From IMG/VR virus record IMGVR_UViG_3300033067_001197, positions 1-42,070 of that record: a stretch of DNA of 42,070 nucleotides; one strand, given 5' to 3'. Position 1 is the first letter of the stretch. Every line of letters starts with the position of its first letter. Under the pieces are notes generated by a model, which ran no database searches, had not been told where the DNA came from, and saw nothing but the letters and a program-made list of their open reading frames with translations. Source of the stretch: a virus. Its lineage: Duplodnaviria; Caudoviricetes. The position numbers and the translations under genes are program-made. This document shows positions 36,369 to 42,070 of this stretch, piece after piece.

Positions 36369-38567
36369 TTACGGAGTAGTGAGGGTGACCCCATTACGAT
36401 TATATACCCCCGAGGCGCAAGATACGGTCCAATAATAACGGGTATTGCCGCTAAGTCCTGTGATCGCAACTGTGCGGCTAAGAGCGCCCCCTGAATCGGT
36501 TACCGTTGTGGGGGACGACATTGAGGATTTTAAACTCACCGAGACATCGCATGTGGAGGTATCATAAGCGACGTAGCGGAAGGTGAGGGAGGAACCTGAG
36601 GGGGTGATGGAGGAGATTTTAAAATTTAAAAACGCGGGAGTTTGGGCCGCATCAGTTGAGACTCCTGCGGTGCTTTGATTCACCTCTGTGACATTTGCTC
36701 CGGGGGAGATTCCTAACGTTCCCCATCGTAAATAAGGGCTTGTGTTTTTTAAAGCGTAATCGTTTGAGGAGTAGTTGTTAAAGTCCACATCAGAATACGC
36801 AGTAGGGAAGCCACAATTTCCGTTATACGTGGCCCCACTTCCTGTGATTTCATTCGTTGAGGCGGGACAAGGCATCGGAGCAGAGGGGGTATCGTTATTG
36901 TATGCAAAGTTCATGATGGAACTTTGTTTAGAATAAACCGTTTTACTCTGATTATTTACAATAACGTTTCTTATTACATTGTATCCAGGAAAGAGGCCGT
37001 TTGGAAGCGAATTCCAAAGGAAACCCCCAGAGACATCATTATAGAATCCATAGTCATTCCATGGGAAGATGTTATCTGTTAGGACAAAATTCCCCGGACG
37101 ATTTCCGGCGACGGAGCCGAATAGATACCCAACTCTGGCTTCGATTGGGGCGCGGGAAATTACAGTGTTTCGAGTGTGGAAGAGATTCGTGCCGATCTCT
37201 GGGGACCAAAATAAACCCCCACCCCATTTGGAGCCGATTCCCTCAGCGGCAGGGAGAGTGAAGGGGTCGTCACCGATTTCAGCAAAAACATTATTATTCA
37301 TCGTAATGTTATTGAATCCAAGGTAGTAATTACCGATTTGGCCCAAGGAAATAAGCCACGGTGCGCGGCGTCCAAAGTTGTTTTGAATAACTACATGGCC
37401 TACGGTGGCGGCGGGTTCAAAAGTCAAAACTGCGTCGTTATCTACGAGGTTAAAAAGGAACATCGCGCCGTATTGATTAAACGCCGCTGGTTGCCATGTG
37501 TTTTCAAAGTAGTTACCTTCGATCCAAACGCGCCACGCATTTTTGAGTTCAAAGATGTTCTTTTGATAATAATTTATCGTAGGAAACGCCCCCGAGAGAA
37601 TGGAGGTCCACACGCCAGAGTCACAGCGCCAATAGGAGGGGGTTGAGGTGTTTTTATAATATTCACCTCCGTTTGAATCCCACATACAATCCCAGGTGGG
37701 GTCTACGGTGCCTTCGCGGACGCGCCATCTCCAGGTTCGGTAGTAGTGGTTGCCCTTGACGAAGAATCCATTTATGCGAATGCCTTGTATGTTAGGGACT
37801 GCCCCACCGAAAAGGGTTGTAATGGAGGCCGATTCGAGGTGGTTGTTTTCTAGGAAGATGGGGCCTTGAGTGTTCCATCCTCCGATGGCGTTAGATTCGT
37901 TCGCGTCGATTTTTATATCGGAGAACCAGGAATTTTTAACGATTAGCTTTCGTGTGTGGGCGAGAATGCCTCTTCGGGGGCCAGCAGTGGAAAGGGCGTT
38001 ACCGTGGAGATAGCATTGTTCGATGATGATATTTGAGGGAAGTTGAGCGGGATCGTTATCGGCGGCGGAATTGGACACAAGGGATTCTGCGCCAAAACGA
38101 ATGAGGGGGCGGGAATTGCCAAAGGTGGCGTGGGCTGTGAATTCAATACCTTGGAAGTGATAATATTCCGCATATTGCTCCGCTTCGAGGGTGGTGGTGG
38201 AGCCTGTGTCAGCATAGAAGGTCGCGAGGTTTGAGAGATCGGAGGGGGTTACACGGGCTCCTGAGGTTAGATTTGGAACCCCAGAGGAGCGGATCATTAT
38301 ATGGGGGCCACGAGAGGAGACGCACGAGGATTTATATTTTAACTTGATTGGGGTTCCCCCTATAGAGATGGTTTCTCCCGCGTTGATTTGGATAACATCC
38401 CCACAAGTGGCGTCAACGATTGCTTGATTGATCCCGCTCACACTGAGCCCATAGGTACACCCAGACGCACAAACGGTGTAGAGAGTGGCATTTGCCACCC
38501 CCGCACCTACAGTTAAACCCAAACCTACAACTAAACCCAGTAACATCAATGAAAAGTTTTTCCGCAT
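36369..38567 (-). CDS. right-handed beta-helix (tailspike/polysaccharide lyase-like) protein with signal peptide and C-terminal Fn3-like domain
   Basis: MRKNFSLMLLGLVVGLGLTVGAGVANA|T; Asn-ladder repeats (IIIEQCYLH, VKNSWFS, LENNHLE, IEGNYFEN); TGLSGNTRYYW. Confidence 0.75.
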   Translation of the reverse strand: MRKNFSLMLLGLVVGLGLTVGAGVANATLYTVCASGCTYGLSVSGINQAIVDATCGDVIQINAGETISIGGTPIKLKYKSSCVSSRGPHIMIRSSGVPNLTSGARVTPSDLSNLATFYADTGSTTTLEAEQYAEYYHFQGIEFTAHATFGNSRPLIRFGAESLVSNSAADNDPAQLPSNIIIEQCYLHGNALSTAGPRRGILAHTRKLIVKNSWFSDIKIDANESNAIGGWNTQGPIFLENNHLESASITTLFGGAVPNIQGIRINGFFVKGNHYYRTWRWRVREGTVDPTWDCMWDSNGGEYYKNTSTPSYWRCDSGVWTSILSGAFPTINYYQKNIFELKNAWRVWIEGNYFENTWQPAAFNQYGAMFLFNLVDNDAVLTFEPAATVGHVVIQNNFGRRAPWLISLGQIGNYYLGFNNITMNNNVFAEIGDDPFTLPAAEGIGSKWGGGLFWSPEIGTNLFHTRNTVISRAPIEARVGYLFGSVAGNRPGNFVLTDNIFPWNDYGFYNDVSGGFLWNSLPNGLFPGYNVIRNVIVNNQSKTVYSKQSSIMNFAYNNDTPSAPMPCPASTNEITGSGATYNGNCGFPTAYSDVDFNNYSSNDYALKNTSPYLRWGTLGISPGANVTEVNQSTAGVSTDAAQTPAFLNFKISSITPSGSSLTFRYVAYDTSTCDVSVSLKSSMSSPTTVTDSGGALSRTVAITGLSGNTRYYWTVSCASGVYNRNGVTLTTP

Positions 38568-38568
38568 A

Positions 38569-40188
38569 TTAAGGTACCTGCACTTCCACAGACGCCACAT
38601 AGGGTAGGATAAACCCGCTAGTGTTATCATCCCTGGTTAGCTGGATAGTCATCGGTCTACCACCTGCACACCCTGTAGTGGTAAGCGCAATTGTGCGAGT
38701 GTAGGAATTCCCCGCTGCTACAGTTCCAGACGGTAAAGTTTGCGAGGCATTGTACGCCGGTGGAGTTGATCCGCTGGTATAGCACTTAGTCGCTATCTTT
38801 AGCACGGGATCAGTTGAACCGTTAGATCCAAATGATATGGAAAAGGTAACCGTACCACTAGTCCAGTTAGCCGGTAAGGTAAAGGTGTTAGTCGCGTAAC
38901 GCTGAGAAGCATCCGCCAGCGAATACCATCTAATACCGCATTCCGCTAAACTGCTAGTTGCCGGACAGGTCACATTCCCCACAGTTAGCGCGTTCACCAT
39001 AGTATCTGAGAAATTCCATTGGGAATCCCATGGTGTGCTTGTGGCGTTATACTGTCCAAACGGGAAGTTAAACATTACCGAACTACTTCCGCTCCCTGTA
39101 ACCTGTGTCCATGTATTTGTGGTAGTACACAGATACAAGTTTTGCCCTGCTGTTACCCCTGAGGTGCGGAAATAGGTGTCGCCAGTGGTGCAAGATCCCC
39201 CCGGTGCTCCACTTCCGGTACGATTTGGGGCGGTTCGAGTGGAGAGGACGAAGGAATTGCTTCCGAGAAAAGCATTTGTGCCCGATGTTCTGGCAACAGT
39301 TGCGTCCACATTTATGGTTTGGGTGCCACCGAGAGTGGTGATTGAAATTCCATCCCCCTCTTGTGAATCCGCGCCGCTATTGAGAAACCTCCGAGTGTCC
39401 GTTACGGTATCCCATGCGCCCGTGGTGATGGAAACTTCCGCGAATTGAGTTCCATCGGAGGGAACCACAGGGGTGGTGGCTTGATTCATCACACATGTGG
39501 CGGAACAAGAGAGAACGAGTCCGGCTGATGCGGGGGCGAGGATAACGGAGTAGCCTTGTGGGGTTCCGTAGATAACTGCGGTTCCGCTTCCGGTTCCAGC
39601 AACAGTTCCTCCACTGGTGTACGAGCCGTTTCCTGTGGAGCCATTGAGGGCAAGGGTGGTGCTGCTTAGTTTCTCCACAACCCATGTGCCATTCGCCGCA
39701 GTGTTGCCCCCCACTCCGGAAACCATAACTGTATCTCCTGTACGGATTGAAACGGAGGTCATGGAGGAGGTGGTGAGGACGATTGGGGAGGCGTTTGTGG
39801 CCCCGCTTACGCTTAAGGAGGTGATGGTGAAAGTGTTACCGGGGTGGGTTGCGGCAGAGGTTGTACCATGGCCCCAAATTCCAGAGGCGAGAGTTAGGAC
39901 CGTTGTGGAGGTTTTGGTTACCTTTAAATCGGTGATGTTTGCGGATGAGGTGGTGCCCCCAGAGATGGTGCAATCTGTGCGGGAATCGCTGGAATTATCC
40001 ACACATGTTACTCCGCTTCCGGTGAAGTTGACGGTGTTCCTCTGGGTTAGCGCAGAGGCTTCATCCATGATGGTTTGATAGGCTTGGACGATTGAGGAGG
40101 TTACGGCGGGGATGGAAGAGATTTGGGAGATCCCGAGGGCTGAGAGGAAGAGGAGGATTCCCGCGATGGTGTAGTTACGGACGTTCAT
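38569..40188 (-). CDS. tail-fibre-like S/T/G-rich protein with signal peptide
   Basis: MNVRNYTIAGILLFLSALGIS|Q; NFTGSGVT, ATNASPIV..GNTAANGTW and GD.YF..C..NTW fibre-type modules. Confidence 0.7.
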   Translation of the reverse strand: MNVRNYTIAGILLFLSALGISQISSIPAVTSSIVQAYQTIMDEASALTQRNTVNFTGSGVTCVDNSSDSRTDCTISGGTTSSANITDLKVTKTSTTVLTLASGIWGHGTTSAATHPGNTFTITSLSVSGATNASPIVLTTSSMTSVSIRTGDTVMVSGVGGNTAANGTWVVEKLSSTTLALNGSTGNGSYTSGGTVAGTGSGTAVIYGTPQGYSVILAPASAGLVLSCSATCVMNQATTPVVPSDGTQFAEVSITTGAWDTVTDTRRFLNSGADSQEGDGISITTLGGTQTINVDATVARTSGTNAFLGSNSFVLSTRTAPNRTGSGAPGGSCTTGDTYFRTSGVTAGQNLYLCTTTNTWTQVTGSGSSSVMFNFPFGQYNATSTPWDSQWNFSDTMVNALTVGNVTCPATSSLAECGIRWYSLADASQRYATNTFTLPANWTSGTVTFSISFGSNGSTDPVLKIATKCYTSGSTPPAYNASQTLPSGTVAAGNSYTRTIALTTTGCAGGRPMTIQLTRDDNTSGFILPYVASVEVQVP

Positions 40189-40191
40189 TTT

Positions 40192-40605
40192 TTAAATCCT
40201 TCGAGCGTTCACGGAGGCGTGGAGAGCGGTGGAGGAGGAGGAACTCCAGGTGAAACCGTCATCCATGAAAACACCTTCTGGGAAGGCCATTACGTAGGTG
40301 GTATGGGCCGCGATGTTAACTGTTGAAAGGAGAGATTTGGGGGTTCCAGCGCGATCTTGAACTGTGAGAGTTACGTCGCTACCGGAGGTGTTGGTGACGG
40401 TGATTTGGAAAATCCAAGTATCAGTTGTGGAAACGGAGGTGGTGGAGTTGGGGACCACTTGTAGAGCTTGGGACATATTGATGTTACCCACGCTAAATTT
40501 GGTGGAATTGCTTGCTCCCATCGCCACGGGTAAGGGGGATTGGACGAGGGAAATTCCGAGGAGGATGAGGAGAGCGAAGATGATGGTCTTTTGGAAGCGT
40601 TCCAT
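40192..40605 (-). CDS. small beta-sandwich protein with signal peptide
   Basis: MERFQKTIIFALLILLGISLV; ITVTN..TLTVQD..FPEGVF..G. Confidence 0.7.
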   Translation of the reverse strand: MERFQKTIIFALLILLGISLVQSPLPVAMGASNSTKFSVGNINMSQALQVVPNSTTSVSTTDTWIFQITVTNTSGSDVTLTVQDRAGTPKSLLSTVNIAAHTTYVMAFPEGVFMDDGFTWSSSSSTALHASVNARRI

Positions 40606-40613
40606 TTTAAAAT

Positions 40614-40910
40614 TTAAACCTTTGTGGCTTTTTTGTATTCCGCCTTACGTGCCTTTTCGGTCGCGTCACTGGTTTCCTTTGCGGCTTTCGCGGTGGCTTG
40701 GGCGCTTTGGGGGAAAAGGGTTAGAACGGATTCTGCGAGAGATTCGATGTGGGCCACCACAAGAGAATGAACATCTGAATATTTTGGAACCGGAGGAGTG
40801 CCTTGGGTTTGTGTTGCGATGAACTGTGTGGCCGCATCCACGAATTCAGGGGGGAATTCAAATTTCTGAGTATCAACTCCGATGTCGATTTTGAGGGTTA
40901 GTTTGGGCAT
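40614..40910 (-). CDS. small helical protein, possible fibre assembly chaperone
   Basis: Directly downstream of the fibre gene and remnant; AAAGGA RBS. Confidence 0.6.
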   Translation of the reverse strand: MPKLTLKIDIGVDTQKFEFPPEFVDAATQFIATQTQGTPPVPKYSDVHSLVVAHIESLAESVLTLFPQSAQATAKAAKETSDATEKARKAEYKKATKV

Positions 40911-40927
40911 CTTTTAAAATCCTTTCG

Positions 40928-40999
40928 TTATTTCCAAGCGGGAATGTAAACGGTGGAACCATCTGAGCTTACGGCGCGAATCCAAGTGTAGGGGGCAGT
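40928..40999 (-). pseudogene. orphan 3' end of a former fibre gene (TAPYTWIRAVSSDGSTVYIPAWK*)
   Basis: Start-less frame resembling fibre C-terminal YIP motifs; its stop sits just before the next gene's RBS. Confidence 0.6.
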
Positions 41000-41020
41000 T
41001 TTTCATGTGATTCTCCCTGA

Positions 41021-42070
41021 TTACGGCGCCCACGTTCCCTTGGTGACCCACGAGCCCGACTCACGGCGCTCGACTACAAGGTTGTTGGCCGAGCGCACAA
41101 AGCGCCAGGATCCATCAGTGCCGGATGCGCCAAAGTAAACAGCGCTTGTGGATGCTCCGATAAAGTCAGACGATGCCGTTACGCTCGTGCCGGATAGCGC
41201 GCCGCCAAACGTTCCGGTGCCCGCCGCATTCACATTGCGCACCCTCGCCCCCGTCGTGCCCACATCACACGCCGCCGAGTTGCCATCACCGGAGCCGCAC
41301 GTGATACCCCCCGCCCCAAGCGTCCAGTAGTTGGTGGAGGAGCCGTTCGTGATGCCGAGGTTGTTGGCGGAGGAGCGGAGCAATCCTAAATCCAAGGTGC
41401 CATCCGCTCCGGAACTGCTACTCCAGTAAACGCCCTTTGCTGACCCGATACGGATGATGTCACCCAGCATTGTAGACTTGGTGGTCCCATTGGACTGTAT
41501 CCAACTGAACTGGCCAATGTTGTCAAACGTAACTCTAGTAACTGCCGCGTTGTCTATCATCGCCAACAGGCTGGTCGTACTCTGCCCCGCACCCGCCCGC
41601 ACCGTTAGCGTGGTGACTCCTGTAGTGGCGGTGGCGTCATACACGTGCAGGGTGTTGACTGGGGAGGTGTTGCCGGGGCCGATGCCCACTGATCCCGTAG
41701 AGCCATCAATCACAATGCGATCGGTGTCATTTGTGCGGATGCGAAACTGCTGGGCACCAAGCGTCCCCATTAAACCAATTGAACCCGCGTACATTCTCAC
41801 CTGCGCCCCGCCAGTGGTGGCTGCAACGACTAGCGATGCGTTATTGGCAGCGGATACTTGCAACCGCGTGTCGCTGTTGTAAAAACTGGTTGTTCCGATG
41901 CCAAGGCGGTCCCCGGCTGCGTCCCAATATAATTGACTTGCGTCCTGAGACAACGTGCCGCTGCTGGACACGTAGGGGATTGCGCCTACGGTAGTGAGGT
42001 TGCTAGCTCCCATAACTGCGGTATCAGGGATAGAGGTTACCTGAGCCACCACAAGAAAAGCAGCAAGGAG
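41021..42070 (-). CDS. tail fibre protein, 5'-truncated at the window edge, with signal-peptide h-region
   Basis: Frame stays open to 42070 (LLAAFLVVA|QVTSIP); RLGIGTT..LQV and VGIG..P..LHV fibre repeats; GSWRF..LVVERRESGSWV C-terminus. Confidence 0.8.
   Translation of the reverse strand, partial: LLAAFLVVAQVTSIPDTAVMGASNLTTVGAIPYVSSSGTLSQDASQLYWDAAGDRLGIGTTSFYNSDTRLQVSAANNASLVVAATTGGAQVRMYAGSIGLMGTLGAQQFRIRTNDTDRIVIDGSTGSVGIGPGNTSPVNTLHVYDATATTGVTTLTVRAGAGQSTTSLLAMIDNAAVTRVTFDNIGQFSWIQSNGTTKSTMLGDIIRIGSAKGVYWSSSSGADGTLDLGLLRSSANNLGITNGSSTNYWTLGAGGITCGSGDGNSAACDVGTTGARVRNVNAAGTGTFGGALSGTSVTASSDFIGASTSAVYFGASGTDGSWRFVRSANNLVVERRESGSWVTKGTWAP

Noticed and set aside
39176-41882. Long + strand ORFs (39176, 39617, 40364, 41454) and similar antisense ORFs elsewhere
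   Set aside because: Shadows of S/T/G-rich - strand genes; no RBS or recognisable motifs.
40995-42019. Invertible fibre segment bounded by GCAGTT/AACTGC
   Set aside because: Only 6 bp, no invertase visible, and the remnant lies in the same orientation as the fibre.
36369-42070. Diversity-generating retroelement acting on fibres
   Set aside because: No reverse transcriptase and no TR/VR repeat pair seen.
1-42070. tRNA genes, integrase/att sites, endolysin
   Set aside because: None recognisable by eye; intergenic gaps are mostly too short. They may lie outside the window.

Overview
Most of a podovirus-like dsDNA phage genome, cut at both ends. A + strand early/replication arm (1-12165) converges at a bidirectional terminator (~12168-12205) with a - strand late arm (12211-42070). 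The early arm encodes a PD-(D/E)XK nuclease, Sak4-like ATPase, probable SSB, UDG-like protein, a family A DNA polymerase split into two genes, a metallophosphoesterase, an Nmad1/DUF1599-like protein and an AAA_25 helicase. In transcription order the late arm runs: fibre/spike-like genes, terminase, portal, scaffold, capsid, decoration protein, HNH nuclease, two glycosyltransferases, two adaptor paralogues, nozzle and ejection proteins. No integrase, repressor, primase, endolysin, tRNA or CRISPR array was recognised; some may lie outside the window. Most notable: (1) four clustered fibre/spike-like late genes carry Sec-type signal peptides; three have closely paired cysteines and two share a post-cleavage Q[IV][ST]SIP motif, suggesting receptor-binding appendages folded outside the cytoplasm; (2) PolA is cut in frame by an unrelated small gene and has His at the E. 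coli 762-equivalent position; (3) the Cas4-like nuclease and the UDG-like protein both show permuted motif order; (4) a recent fibre-tip swap left the old C-terminus behind. Family calls come from motif recognition by eye, not database searches. An Acidobacteriota host is a tentative inference.
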